DNA from: Squalus acanthias
Taxonomy: Eukaryota
DNA: 64,000 bases
Reading direction: 5' to 3'
NCBI GenBank assembly: GCA_030390025.1
Contig: JASTWF010000034.1
Span: forward strand, 3,658,001-3,722,000
Shown here: positions 48,083-62,038 of the stretch, in pieces
How the letters are laid out: each line of letters opens with the position of its first letter
How positions within the stretch are numbered: position 1 is the first letter of the stretch
Made by a program: the position numbers and the translations under genes
Notes under the pieces: generated by a model
Told to the model about the DNA's origin: nothing
Seen by the model: the letters and a program-made list of their open reading frames with translations, nothing else
Databases searched by the model: none

Positions 48083-48900
48083 TTAACACACTGATATACC
48101 CCACACCCCTCACGGTAACACATTGATAAACGCCACAGCCCTCACTGTAACACTCTGATATACCCAACACCCCTCACTGTCACACACTGATATACCCCAA
48201 ACCCCTCGCTGTCACAAACTGATATACCCCACACCCCTCACTGTAACACCGATATACCTCACAGTAACACACTGATATACCCCACACCCCTCACTATAAC
48301 GCTCTGATATAAACCACACCCCTTTACTGTAACATTCTGATATACCACACACCCCTCACTGTAACACTCTGATATACCCCACAACCCTCTCTGTAACAAT
48401 CTGATATACCCCACACCCCTCACTGTAACAACCTGATATACCCAACACCCCTCACTGTAACTCTCTGATATACCCCTCACTGTAACACTCTGATATATCC
48501 CACACCCCTCACTGAAACACACTGATATAACCCACACCCCTCACTGTAAAACTCTGATATACCCTACACCCCTCACTGTAACTCTGATATATCCCACACC
48601 CCTCACTGTAACACACTGATATACCCCACACCCCTCACTGTAACAATCTGATATACCCCACACCCCTCACTGTAACAATCTGATATACCCCACATCCCTC
48701 ACTGTAACACACTGATCTGCCCCACACCCCTCAGTTTAACGCTCTTATATACCCAACACTCATCACTATAACACTCTGATATCCTCAACACCCATCACTG
48801 TAACACACTGATATACCCCACACCCCTCACTGTAACACTCTGATATACCCCACACCCCTCACTGTAACACGCTGATATACCCCACACTCCTCACTGTAAA
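48083..48900. repeat. ~32-bp minisatellite (cactgtaacacactgatataccccacacccct)
   Basis: About 25 imperfect tandem copies. Confidence 0.93.
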
Positions 48901-49622
48901 CCTGGGGACAGGTTTCTGCCCCTGGTTACAGCCCATCAGTGGGAGGTGCTGGAGTGACAGCTGACACTGGCAGTGAGTTTCGTCCCAAGAAACAGGGCAA
49001 AGTGCTGAAAGGAACAATTTAATATTAAAGTAAGTAATTCCTCAACACTCATTAATTGCAGGAGTTTGAGAACTCAATTCTTTGACATGCTCCACAGCGA
49101 GGTAAGATCACCCCTGCGAGTAGAGGGTAGAGCAGGGGCTCAGATTAGCACAGGCCGGGTATGGAGCCTGGGCCTTTCCTGCTCTGTCTGTGGAGCAGGG
49201 TGAGGTGGGCTCAGTACCACACTGGGTGAGATCAGGCTAACTCGGCACAGGCCGGTGATGGAGCCTGGGTCTTTCCTGCTCTGTGTGTGGAGCGGGTGAG
49301 GGGCTCAGTACCACACTGGGTGAGATCAGGCTTGCTCAGCACAGGCCGGAGATGGAGCCTGGGCCTTTCCTACCCAGATTCAGGCCCTAATCTCTGGTGT
49401 TATCCCTCCCCAAGCCCACGCTGTGGCAGACCTGGCGATGTCTGGGACCTGGGATGAGGGTTTTATGGCCACCAAACTGACTGTAGACACATCGCAGGCC
49501 GACAGTGAAGCCGATTGGTCAATGGAGTTCATCGCCGAGGTTATGGGGATGGGCCACTCAGCATTGTGGGTACAGGGTCACTGACACTGAGCATTGTGGG
49601 GACAGGGTCACTGACACTCGGC

Positions 49623-52600
49623 ATAGAAACATAGAAGATAGGAGCAGGAGTAGGCCATTCGGCCCCTCGAGCCTGCTACGCCATTTAATGAGATCATGGC
49701 TGATCATCCAAATTCAGTACCCTGTCCCTGCTTCCTCCCCGTATCCCTTGATCCCTTTAGCCTTAAGAAATATATCTATCGCCTTCTTGAATATATTTAA
49801 TGAGTTGGCCTCAACTGCCTTCTGTGGTAGAGAATTCCACAGGTTCACCACTCTCTGGGTGAAGAAATTCCTCCTCGTCTCAGTCCTAAATGGCTTACCC
49901 CTTATCCTTAGACGGTAACCCCTGGTTCTGGACTCCCACGCCATTGGGAACATCCTTCCTGCATCAAGTGTGTGTAGTCCTGTTAGAATTTTATAAGTTT
50001 CAATGAGATCCCCTCTCATTCTTCTAAACTCTAGCGAATACAAGCCCAATCGTCCCAATCTCTCTTCATACGTCATTCCTGCCATCCCAGGTATCAGTCT
50101 GGTGAATCTTCGCTGCACTCCCTCCATGGCAAGAACATCCTTCCTCAGATAAGGCGACCAAAACTGCACACAATACTCAAGGTGTGGTCTCACCAAGGCC
50201 CTGTACAACTGCAGCAAGACATCCTTGCTCCTGTACTCGAAACCCCTCGCAATGAAGGGCAACATGCCATTTGCCTTCTTAACCACCTGCTGCACCTGCA
50301 TGCTTACCTTCAACGAATGGTGCACAAGGACTCCCAGGTCTCGTTGCACTTCCCCTTTTCCCAATCTATTGCCGTTCAGATAATCTGTCTTCCTGTTTTT
50401 GCCACCAAAGTGGATAACCTCGCATTTTTCCACATTATACTGCATCTGCCATGCATCTGCCCAATCACCCAACTTGTCCAAATCATACTGGAGTTTCTCT
50501 GCATCCTCCTCACAACACACACGCCCACCCAGCTTTGTGTCGTCTGCAAACTTGGAGATATTACATCTAGTTCCCTCGTCCAGATCATTAATATATATTG
50601 TGAATAACTGGGTCCTAGCACCGATCCCTGCGGTACTCCACTTGTCACTGCCTGCCACTCGGAAAAAGAGCCGTTTATTCCAACTCTTTGCTTCCTGTCT
50701 GCCAACCAGTTCTCTATCCAAGTCAGTACCTTACCCCCAATCCCATGTGCTTTAACTTTGCACGCCAATCTCTTATACGGGATCTTATCGAAAGCCTTCT
50801 GAAAGTCCAAATACACCACATCCACTGGTTCTCCCTTATCTATTCAACCAGTTACATCCTCAAAAAATTCCAGTAGATTAGTCAAGCATGATTTACCTTT
50901 TGTAAATCCATGTTGACTTTCTCCGATCCTGTCACTGTTTTCCAAGTGCTCTGCTTTTACATCTTTCATAATGGACTCTAGCATGTTCCCCACTTGCCGA
51001 TATCAGGCTTACCGGTCTATAATTCCCCGTTTTCTCTCTCCCACCTTTTTTAAATAGTGGAGTTACATTAGCTAGCCTCCAATCCATGGGAACTGTTCCA
51101 GAGTCTATAGAATTTTGGAAGATGACCAGCAATGCTTCTACTATTTCTAGGGCCACTTATTAAGTACCCTAGGATGTAGATTATCAAGCCCTGGGGATTT
51201 ATCGGCCTTCAATCCCATCAATTTCCCTAACACCATTTCCCTACAAATACTGATTTCTTTCAGTTCTTCCCTCTCATTAAACCCTATGTTTCCCGACATC
51301 GCTGGGTGTTTACTTGTGTCCTCCTTTATGAAGACAGAACCGAAGTATGTATTTAATTTGTCTGCCATTTCTTTGTTCCCCATTATTAATTCCCCTGATT
51401 CTGACTGCAAGGGACCTACGCTTGACTTCATTATCTTTTTCTCTTCACATATCGATAGAAGCTTTTACAGTCAGTTTTTATGTTCCCTGCAACCTTACTC
51501 TCATACTCTATTTTCCCTCTCTTAATTAATCCCTTTGTCCACATTTGCTGAATCCTGAACTGTTCCCAATCCTCAGGTTTGCTGCTTTTCTGGCCAATTT
51601 ATATGTACTCTCCTTGGATCTTATGCTATCCCTAATTTCCATTGTTAGCCATGGTTGAGTCACCTTTTTTGTTATATTTTTATGCCAAACAGGGATGAAC
51701 AAATTCTTCAGTTCATCCATGCGATCTTTAAATGTTTGCCATTGCCTACCCACCGTCAACCCTTTCAGTAACGTTCCCCAATCCATCCTTGCCAATTCGC
51801 GCCTCATACCATCGTAGTTTCTTCTATTTAAATTCAGGACCCTAGTCTCTGAGTGAACTACTTCACTCTCCATCTTAATGAACAATTCTATCATATTATG
51901 ATCGCTCCTCCCCAAGGGGCCTCGCACAACAAGATTGCTAATTAATCCTTTCTCATTACATAATACCCAGTCTAAGATGGCCTGATCTCGAGTTGGTTCC
52001 TCGACATATTGGTCCAGGAAACCATCCCGTATACACTCTAGGAATTCCTCCTCCACAGTATTGTTACTAATTTGGTTAGCCCAATCTATATGTAGATTAA
52101 AGTCATCCATGATAACTGCTGTGCCCTTATTGCACGTGTCTCTAATTTCCCATTTAATGCCATCCCCAACCTCAGCATTACTGTTTGGGGGTCTGTATAC
52201 AACTCTCTAACGTTTTCTGCCCCTTGGTATTTCTCAGCTCAACCCATACAGATTCCACATCATCAGAGCTAATATCATTCCTTACTATTGTGTTAATCTC
52301 ATTTAACCAGCAATGCTACCCCACCTCCTTTTCCTTTTTTCCTGTCCCTCCTGAATATTGAATACCCCTGGATGTTGAATACCCAGCCTTGGTCAACTTG
52401 GAGCCACGTCTCCGTAATCACAATTATATCATATCCGTTTACATCTATTTGCACAGCCAATTCATCCACCTTATTACGAATGCTCCTCGCTTTAAGACAC
52501 AAAGCTTTCAAGCTTGTTTTTTTTAACACTCTTCGACATTTTAGAATTATTATTTACTGTGGCCATGTTTTGATTTACACCCTGGATTTCTCTGACTGCC

Positions 52601-53386
52601 ACTTTTGCTTTTTTCCTTCCTGTCTTTTGCTTCTATCCTTGCTTCCCTTTCCTCTGTCTCCCTGCACAGGTTCCCAAACCCCTGCCATTTTAGTTTAAAC
52701 CCCTCCCCAACAGCACTAGCAAACACTCCCCCTAGGACATAAGTCCCGGTCCTGCCCAGGTGCAAACCGTCCAGTTTGTACTGGTCTCACCTCCCCAGAA
52801 CCGGTTCCAATTTCCCAGGAATTTGAATCCCTCCCCCTTGCAGCATTCCTCTAGCCACGTATTCATCTTAAATATCCTTCTATTTCTACTCTGGCTAGCA
52901 CGTGGCATTGGTAGCAATCCTGAGATTACTACCTTTGAGGTCCTATTTTTTAAATTTACCTCCTAACTCCCTATATTCAGCTTTTAGAACCTCATCTCGG
53001 TTTTTACATATATCGTTCGTACCTATATGCCCCACGATAACTGGCTGTTCACCCTCCCTCTCCAGAATGATATGCAGCCGCTCCGAGACATCCTTGACCC
53101 TTGCACCAGTGAGGCAACATACCATCCTGGAGTCTCGTTTGCGGCCGCAGAAACACCTATCTATTAACCTTACAATAGAATCCCCTATCACTATAGCTCT
53201 CCCGCTCTTTTTCCTCCCGTCCTGTGCAGCAGAACCACCCATGGTGCCAGGAAGTTGGCTGCTGCTGCCTTCCCCCGATAAGACATCTCCCTCAACAATA
53301 TCCAAAGTGGTTTATCTGTTTGAGAGGGGGATGTCCACAGGGGACCACTGCACTACCTGCCTCTGCTTACTACGCTTCCTGACGGT
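49623..53386 (-). mobile_element. CR1 with ORF1 esterase + ORF2, 5'-truncated, with stops and frameshifts; related to the 28S-inserted copy
   Basis: Colinear ORF fragments (GDSIVR, HIGTND, ARSIRNKVDEL, FADDTK, GYGEEAGTGY*); inserted into the 30-bp repeat. Confidence 0.93.
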
Positions 53387-55040
53387 ATTATGGGTACAGG
53401 GTCACTGACACTGGGCATTTTGGGTACAGGGTCACTGACACTGGGCATTGTGGGTACAGGGTCACTGACCCCGTGCATTATGGGCACAGGGTCACTGACA
53501 TTGAGCATTGTGGGTACAGGGTCACTGACGCTGGGCATTGTGGGTACAGGGTCACTGACATTGAGCATTGTGGGTACAGGGTCACTGACATTGAGCATTG
53601 TGGGTACAGGGTCACTGACATTGAGCATTGTGGGTACAGGGTCACGGACATTGCGCATTGTGGATACAGGGTTACTGACCCCGTGCATTATGGGCACAGG
53701 GTCACTGATACTGGACGTTGTTGGTACAGGGTCAACGACCCTGGGCACTGTGGGTAAACATCAGTGACCATGGGCATTGTGGGTAACGGTTGACTGACCA
53801 CGGGAATTGTGGGTAACGGTTGACTGACCACAGGCATTGTGGGTACAAGTCACTGACCCTGGCCTTGTGGGCCTTGTGCTACAGGGTCACTGACCCTGCG
53901 CATTATGGGAACGGTTTAGGACCCTGGGCATTGTGGGTAAGTTCACTGACCCTCAGGAAAGGTGAGTAGAGGGTCACTGACACTGGGCACTGTAGCTACT
54001 GTATCACTGACCCTGGGCATTGTAGCTACTGGATCACTGACCCTGGGCATTGTAGCTACTGGATCACTGAGCCTGGGCATTGTAGCTACTGGATCACTGA
54101 CTCTGGCCTTTGTAGCTACTGGATCACTGACTCTGGGCATTGTACGAACAGGTCACTGACTCTGGGCATTGTAGCTACTGGATCACTGACTCTGGGCATT
54201 GTAGCTACTGGATCACTGACCCTGGGCATTGTAGCTACTGGATCGCTGACTCTGGGCATTGTAGCTGCTGGATCACTGACCCTGGGCATTGTAGCTACTG
54301 GATCATTGACCCTGGGCATTGTATCTAATGGATCACTGACCCTGGGCATTGTAACTACTGGATCACTGACCCTGGGCATTGTAGCTACTGGATCACTGAC
54401 CCTGGGCATTGTATCTACTGGATCACTGATCCTGGGCATTGTAGCTACTGGATCACTGAACCTGGGCATTGTACGAACAGGTCACTGACCCTGGGCATTG
54501 TGGGTACAGGGGGACTGACACTGGGCATTGTAGCTACTGGATCACTGACTCTGGGCATTGTAGCTACTGGATCACTGAGACTGGGCATTGTAGTTTACTG
54601 GATCACTGACTCTGGGCATTGTAGCTACTGGATCACTGACTCTGGGCATTGTAGCTACTGGATCACTGACTCTGGGCATTGTACGAACAGGTCACTGACT
54701 CTGGGCATTGTAGTTACTGGATCACTGACTCTGGACATTGTAGCTACTGGATCACTGACCCTGGGCATTGTAGCTACTTGATCGCTGACTCTGGTCATTG
54801 TAGCTACTGGATCACTGACCCTGGGCATTGTAGCTACTGGATCATTGACCCTGGGCATTGTAGCTCCTGGATCACTGACTCTGGGCATTGTAGCTACTGG
54901 ATCACTGAGCCTGGGCATTGTAGCTACTAGATCACTGACTCTGGACATTGTAGCATCTGGATCACTGTCTCTGGGCATTGTACGAACAGGTCACTGCCCC
55001 AGGGAATTGTGGATACAGCGTCTCTGACACTGGGCATTGT
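53387..55040. repeat. 30-bp minisatellite with two variant domains (gggcattgtgggtacagggtcactgacact, then gggcattgtagctactggatcactgaccct)
   Basis: More than 50 tandem copies; two further units left of the CR1 at 49560-49622. Confidence 0.95.
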
Positions 55041-55819
55041 GGGAAATGTCCTGAGCGTGATTACAGCGCCCTGTGGGTGTATAATGTTAAATGGGGTTTG
55101 ACCTCTGACCCATCCTGTCCCCCCGCAGAGCCTGCTGTGTCCTGCCCAGCGAAGTGGGCCCAGGAATATCTGAAACAGACATTGTTCCAGGCTGCTGTAT
55201 GATTGGCTCCCGGTTCCTTGTGAGGTCAGCTGGAGTTTGGGCCCCGCCCCTGGTTACGGCCCATCAGTGGGATGTCAGTGTGGGAGGAGCTGGAGTGACA
55301 GCTGACACTGGAAGTGTGTCGCTCCCGATAAACAGGGCAAAGGACAGAAAATAACAATTTAATATTATCTACAGTAATTCAAACACTAATTGCAAATATC
55401 TTCACAAGAGATGCAATCACAACCACAAAAACAGTCCCACTGTAATCCAGGTACAGGATCTGGGATTAATATGAATAATTTTTCTATTGACAGTCTCTGG
55501 GAGTGAGCAATATCTCAGGAAGGTGGAGAGAGAGAAGTCGAATCATCGCCTCACTCACTGGGACTGGAGAAATGTCGCTGGGTTCACAGAGCAGATCTGG
55601 TGGGATCGAGACCCCAAGTGTCGGAGACGGAATAAAACGGGAATCTTCAACAGTGACTGGAAAGGTGAGGAACTTTACCGAGAATCCCTCTAGTCCAGGA
55701 TTTTGCCGAGGTGAGAGTCTAACCAGATACTGTGAGCTGTTCAACATCTGCCGTCAAGCTTGGCCTTTGATGCGACAAGTTGAGCGGAGCTTAACTCGTA
55801 GATAAACCTTGACCGTACC

Positions 55820-56520
55820 TCACCCGGGAGTGTTTGACACTAACATGTAGAGGGATCTTTATTCTGTATTCACTCCATGCTCTACCTGAGCTGGTTGTGT
55901 TGATGAACCAAATTGGAGGGAACTTTACTCTGTATCTAACCCGTGCTGTATCTGCCCTGGGACTGTTTGGTGGGACAGTTTAGAGGGAGCTTTACTCTGT
56001 ATCTAACCCGAGCTGTATCTGCCCTGGGAATGTTTGTTGGGGCAGTGTAGAGGGAGGTTTACTTTGTACCTAACCCGTGCTGTATCTGCCCTGGGAGTGT
56101 TTGGTGGGGCAGTGTAGAGGGAGCTTTACTTTGTATCTAACCCGTGCTGTACCTGCCCTGAGAGTGCTTGATGGGACAGTGTAGAGGGAGCTTTACTTTG
56201 TACCTAACCCGTGATGTACCTGCCCTGGGACTGTTTGGTGGGGCAGTGTAGAGGGAGGTTTACTTTGTACCTAACCCGTGATGTACCTACTCTGGGACTG
56301 TTTGGTGGGACAGTTTAGAGGGAGCTTTACTCTGTATCTAACCCGTGCTGTACCTGCCCTGGGAATGTTTTGTGGGGCAGTGTAGAGGGAGCTTTACTTT
56401 GTACCTAACCCGTGCTGTACCTGCCCTGGGACTGTTTGATGGGACAGTGTAGAGGGAGCTTTACTTTGTATCTAACCCACTGTACCTGCCCTGTAGGTAT
56501 TTGATGAGAGCTTTACTCTG
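55820..56520 (-). repeat. 67-bp minisatellite, opposite orientation
   Basis: Reverse complement of the 44-48 kb unit. Confidence 0.92.
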
Positions 56521-57125
56521 TAACAGAGGATTACTTGGGATATACAGCACAGCAGCAGGCCATTCGGCCCAACTAGTCCATGCCGGCATTTATGCTCCGC
56601 TCGAGCCTCCTCCCGTCTTACCTCATCTAATTCTATCAGCGTAGCCCTCTATTCGCTTCTCCCTCATATGCTTATCTAACTGCCCCTTAAATACATCGAT
56701 GCTCTTCGCTTCAACCACTCCCTGTGGTAGCGAATTCCACATTCTCACCACTCTCTGGGTAAAGAAGTTTCTTCTGAATTCACTATTTGATTTCTTGGTG
56801 ACTACCTTATATTGACGGCCTCTAATGTTGCTCTTCCCCACAAGTGGAAACACTCTCTCTGAATCCACTCTATCAAAAGCTTTCCTCATTTTAAAGACCT
56901 CTATTAGGTCACCCCTCAGCCTTCAAGAGAAAGGAGACGCAGCCTGTTCATCCGTTCCTGATATGTATACCCTAGCTTTTCTGGGATCATCCATGTAAAT
57001 CTTCTCTGCACCCTCTCCAGTGCCTCTCTATCCTTTTCAGAATATAGCGACCAGAACTGTACGGAGTACACCAATGCCCAAGCTTTATCCATGTTAAATT
57101 TCATTTGCCAATTATATGACCATTA
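56520..57125 (-). mobile_element. CR1 3' fragment with internal deletion
   Basis: RNFFTQRVVRMWNSLP; ALERVQRRFT. Confidence 0.85.
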
Positions 57126-57659
57126 AAGAGCTATTAGAAATACATAACAAATAATGTCAATCAGTAATGCAAATGTATGACTATAACTATAATATTTACG
57201 TCTCCTCCTCCTCTCTCTCCTCCTCCTTCCCCTCTCTCTGCCGCAGAATTATAAAAGGTCTCTTTGCCGATAACAGGCCTTTCTGGGGTGTGCGTGTGTT
57301 TGCGTGCACCCCGATTGGTCAATAGAGTTCATCGCCGAGGTGACCTGTATTGGGATGGGCCACTCAGCCTTGTGGGTACAGTGTCACTGCCCCATGGCAT
57401 TGTGGGTACAGGTCACTGCCCCTGGGCATTTTATTTAATGTCCTGAGGGTCATTACGGCACCCTGTGAGTGTTTGACTTTAAATGGTGTTTGACCTCTGA
57501 ACCTCCCTCTACCCCTAGACCCCGCTGTGACCTCTCCAGCAAAGTGGGCCCTGGAATACCTGGAACAAACGGCAGAGGAACTGTGGCTGGGGAACCCGAC
57601 CTGGAGCAGAGTCAGGAACAGAAATGGTATGGAGCGGGAGGGAGTAACAGTGGTAATGT

Positions 57660-57960
57660 CAGGGTAATGTAGAAAGAGCTCTGTATTATACCTGCCCTGG
57701 GAGCACTCGATGCTGACACTGGGTATAAAGTGGGGGCACACTGTCTGTGTAATGCAGAGGGAGCTCTGTGTTGTACCTGCCCTGTTGCACTCGATGCTCA
57801 CACTGGGTATAAAGTGGGGGTTCACTGGCAGGGTAATGTAGAGAGAGCTCTTTATTGTACCTGCCCTGGGAGCACTGGATGCTGACACTGGGTATAAAGT
57901 GGGGGTACACTGTCCGGGTAATGCAGAGGGTGCTCTGTATTAAACCTGCCCCGGGAGTGG
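57660..57960. repeat. ~90-bp tandem repeat related to the 67-bp unit
   Basis: tacctgccctgggagcact.gatgctgacactgggtataaagtggggg three times; 57611-57710 also occurs inverted at ~31371-31480. Confidence 0.75.
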
Positions 57961-58200
57961 GAGGGGCTACGGCCACTTTGTGACATTGTTCCTGGCTGCT
58001 GTGTGATTGGCTCCTGGCTCCTGTGTGATGTCACCTGAAGTCAGGTTTCCGCCCCTGGTTACGGCCCATCAGTGGGATGTCAGTGTGGGAGGAGCTGGAG
58101 TGACAGCTGACAGTGGGAGTGAGTTTTGTCCCAATAAACAGGGTAAAGGATAGAATAGAACCATTCAATATTAAAGTAAGCAATTCAAAAAATGTCATTA

Positions 58201-58605
58201 CATGGTGACATAGTGGTTAGCACTGGTGCCTCACAGCGCCAGGGACCCGGGTTCGAATCTGACTTCGGGTGACTGTCTGTGTGGAGTTTGCACATTCTCC
58301 CCGTGTCTGCGTGGGTTTCCTCCGGGTGCTCCGGTTTCCTCCCACAAAAATGTGCGGGTTAGGTTGATTTGGCTATGATAAATTGACCCTTAGTGTTAGG
58401 GGGGGATTAAATATGTGGGGGGATGGTATATGTTAGGGGGAATGAAATACGTGGGGTTACGGGGGTAGTGTGGGATATGTGTATTGTGGGGATTAAAGCA
58501 GGGACAGGGTACTGGATTTGGATGATCAGCCATGATCGTATTGAATGGTGGAACAGGCTCGACGGGCCGAATGGCCTACTCCTGCTCCTAGATTCTATGT
58601 TTCTA
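58201..58605 (+). mobile_element. HE1-like V-SINE, second copy
   Basis: Near-identical to 14779-15202; absent from the paralogous position near 55390. Confidence 0.9.
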
Positions 58606-59084
58606 CTTGCAAATATACTCAAATTAAATATAATCAGTCACAAAAACAGTCCCACTGTATTCCAGTTACAGATTCTGGGATTAATATGAATCATTTTTCT
58701 ATTGACAGTCTCTGGGAGTGAGCAATATCTCAGCAAGGTGGAGAGAGACAAGTTAAATCATCGCCTCACTAACTGGACTGGAGAAATGTCACTGTCTTCA
58801 CAGAGCAGATCCGGTAGGACCGAGACCCCCATTTTTGGAAAAGGGATAAAACGTGAAGCTTCAACAATGTTTAGAAAGGTGAGGAACTTTTCTGTTAATA
58901 TATTTGGTCAAGTATTTTGTCGAGGTGAGAGTCTAACCAGATACTGGGAGCTGGTGAACATCTGCCATCAGGCTCGTCCTTTGTTGTGGCAAGTTGAGCG
59001 GAGCTTAACTCGTAGATAAACCTTGCTTATCTCCACTTTCCTGAACTAACCCCATATCCCTTGATTCCCTTAATATTCAAAAGT

Positions 59085-60860
59085 TTTTTGCGTCTTCTTC
59101 CGTGAAGACAAACACAAGATATTTATTTAATTTCTCTGCCATTTCCTTATTCCCCAGTATAATTTCTCCCGTCTCAGCCTGTAAGGGACCCACATTTACT
59201 TTTGCTAATCTTTTCCTTTTTGCATACCTATAGAATCTTTTACAATCTGTTTTTATGTCTCTTGCTTGTTTACTCTCATTCTATTTTCCCTTTCTTTATC
59301 AATTTCTTGGTCCTCCTTTGCTGAATTCTAAAATCCTCCCAATACCTCAGGCTTACTACTCATTTTAGCAGCATTATAAGCCTATTCCTTTGATCTAATA
59401 CTATCTTTAACTTGTCTTGTTAGCCACGGTTGGACCACTTTTCCTGTGGGGTTTTTGTGCCTTAAAGGAATGTATATTTTTTGAAAATTATGTATTAATT
59501 CTTTAAATGCTAGCCATTGCTCCATTGTCATAGCTTTTAATGTAGTCTCCCAAACTACAGGAACCAACTCATACCTATGTAATTTGCTTTTTTTAGATTT
59601 AAGAACCTTGTTTCCAATTTAACTAAGTCAATTTCAAACTCAATATAAAATTCTATCATATTATGGTCACTCTTCCCTGAAGGCCACTTTACTACAAGGT
59701 TATTAATTAACCCTTTCTCGTTACACAATACTAGATCTAAAATAGCCTGTTCTCTAATTGGTTCCTCAACATACTGATCTAGAAAACTATCTTGCATACA
59801 TTCCATGAAATCGTCCTCCACACTATTACTGCAAATTTGGTTTGCCCAGCCAATATGTAGATTAAAGTCACCCATGAATACTGTATTACCCTTGTTACAT
59901 GCGCCTCTAATTTCCTTATTTATACACTGCCCTACATTACAACTACTGTTTGGGGGCCTATAAACAACTCCCAACAATGTTTTCTGTCCCTTGCTGTTTC
60001 TTGGCTCCACCCAAACTGATTCTACTTCTTGATTTTCAGAGCCAAGATCTTTTCTCTCTACTGTCTTTATCCCATCCTTTATTATCAGAGCTACCCGGCC
60101 ACCTATTCCATTTTGCCTTTCCCTTCTAAAAGTTATGTATCCTGAAATATTTGGTTCCCAACCTTGGCCACTTTGCAACCACATTTCTGCTATGGCTTTT
60201 AGATCAAACCTGTTAATTTCTATCTGTGTTATTAATTCATCTATTTTGTTGCCAATGCTTCGCACATTCAGATGTACAGCCTTTAGCTTTGACTTATTTC
60301 TCTTTTTCCCTGATGTCACCTTATGCCTTATTACCTTTGCTACTCTCTCTGTCCCTTCCTGACCCAATCTGTTTATTTTTACCCAAAACTCTGCTCTAAA
60401 GCCTTGACATTTCTCTTGCTGCTTTTAAATTTAACCTTTCCTGAATCCTCCCGCCACCCGCCCCCCTTCATCAGTTTATAGCCCTCTCTACTGCCCTAGT
60501 TATTCAATTCGCCAGGTCAATCGTCCCAGCCCTGTTTAAGTGGAGCCCATCCCAACGGAACAGCTCCCTCTTTCCCCAGTACTCGTACCAGTGCCCCATG
60601 AACCGAAACCCCTTCCTCCAACACCACACTTTGAGCCACGCATTTAAACCTCTAATCTGTTTGTCCACATGCCAACTTGCGCGTGGCTCAGGTAACAATC
60701 CAGAGATTATTACCTTTGAGGTTCTGCTTTTGGATCCTAATTTGGATCCTAGCTCCTCAAACTCTCTCAGCAGAACCTCATTGCTAGTTCTACCTATGTC
60801 ATTGGTTCCTACGTGGACCATGACATCTGCATCCTTCCCCTCCCACTCCAAATTCTGTGT
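59085..60860 (-). mobile_element. Degenerate CR1 5' part (ORF1 esterase + endonuclease)
   Basis: VHVGTNDIG, WDGLHLN, LNVRSIGNKIDEL, GDFNLHI, SDHNM. Confidence 0.9.
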
Positions 60861-60996
60861 ATAACGCATGCTATATGCAGGAAGATATCAATGGACTGGT
60901 CAGGTGTGCAGAAAAGGGGAAAATGGAATTCAATCAGAGAAGTGTGAGGTAATGCATTTGGGGAGGGCTGAAAAGGCAAGGGATCACACATTTTCT

Positions 60997-61430
60997 CACA
61001 GTATCAGAGACTGACAGATACAGAATGAATTCCACACTCACACACAGTACCAGAGACTGACTGATACAGAATGAATCCCACACTCACGCACAGTACCAGA
61101 GACTGACAGATACAGAATGAATCCCACACTCACACCTAGTACCAGAGACTGAGAAACAGAATTAATACTACACTCACACACAGTACCAGAGACTGAGATA
61201 CAGAATGAATCCCACACTCACACACAGTACCAGAGACTGAAAATTACAGAATTAATCCAACACTGCTCGAGACTGTCAGATAGAGATTGAATCTTGCACT
61301 CATACAGTCGCACAGACGGACAGATACAGAATGAGTCTGTCACATGCGGTACCACAGACGAACAGATATAGACTCTCACACAGTGCCAGAGACTGACAGA
61401 TAAGGAATGATTCTCACTCTCACGTACAAG
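60997..61430. repeat. ~46-bp minisatellite, decaying rightward
   Basis: cacagtaccagagactgacagatacagaatgaatcccacactcaca repeated. Confidence 0.85.
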
Positions 61431-62038
61431 ACAACAGGCTGACTGATTTAGCACAACATTATAACCAGTGTTTGTTCTAACAAAATGCAATAATAGCTCG
61501 TCTCCGCTCCTAGTATTTCTGAATCCCTCCAGGCCAATATAATGTGAGCTATTATTGTCTGTTGTGTCCTCCTCAGATCTGTAAAAATCGCTGTACCAGA
61601 GATTGGTGACATCTGCTGGCTGGAAACAGAACTGCAACAGAGTGGCAGAAATTCACTTTATCTGACAGGGTTAAAGTGACATTGCAATGTGAGGAAATAG
61701 TGAAGGGGTTTGATGGGATAGACGTCGGGATGTTTCCAATTGTGTCGGTGTCAGAAGCAAGGTTCAGAAATATAAAATAGTCACGAATAAAGCCAGTAAA
61801 GAATTCATGAAAAACCTCTCCACACAAAGTGGTTCCAATCAGGAACATGGAGCGGTTGAGGCGAATTTCATCGATGCATTTAAGGGGGAGCTGGATAAGT
61901 CTCTGAGGGAGACAGGAATTGAGGGATACACATACAGAGTTAGATGAAGTGGGGTGGCTGCAGGCTCGTATGGAGCAGTTGGGACAGTCTCAATGCAAGG
62001 GCTGCATTGTGTCTGGATGTAACCGCCCAGAACACTTG

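Noticed and set aside
53387..55040. CRISPR-like regular 30-bp periodicity
   Set aside because: Head-to-tail units without unique spacers, vertebrate context, no cas genes.
61440..61625. Possible minus-strand exon with a YYC (Ig-like) motif
   Set aside because: Acceptor-like site present but no clear donor and no other V-domain residues.
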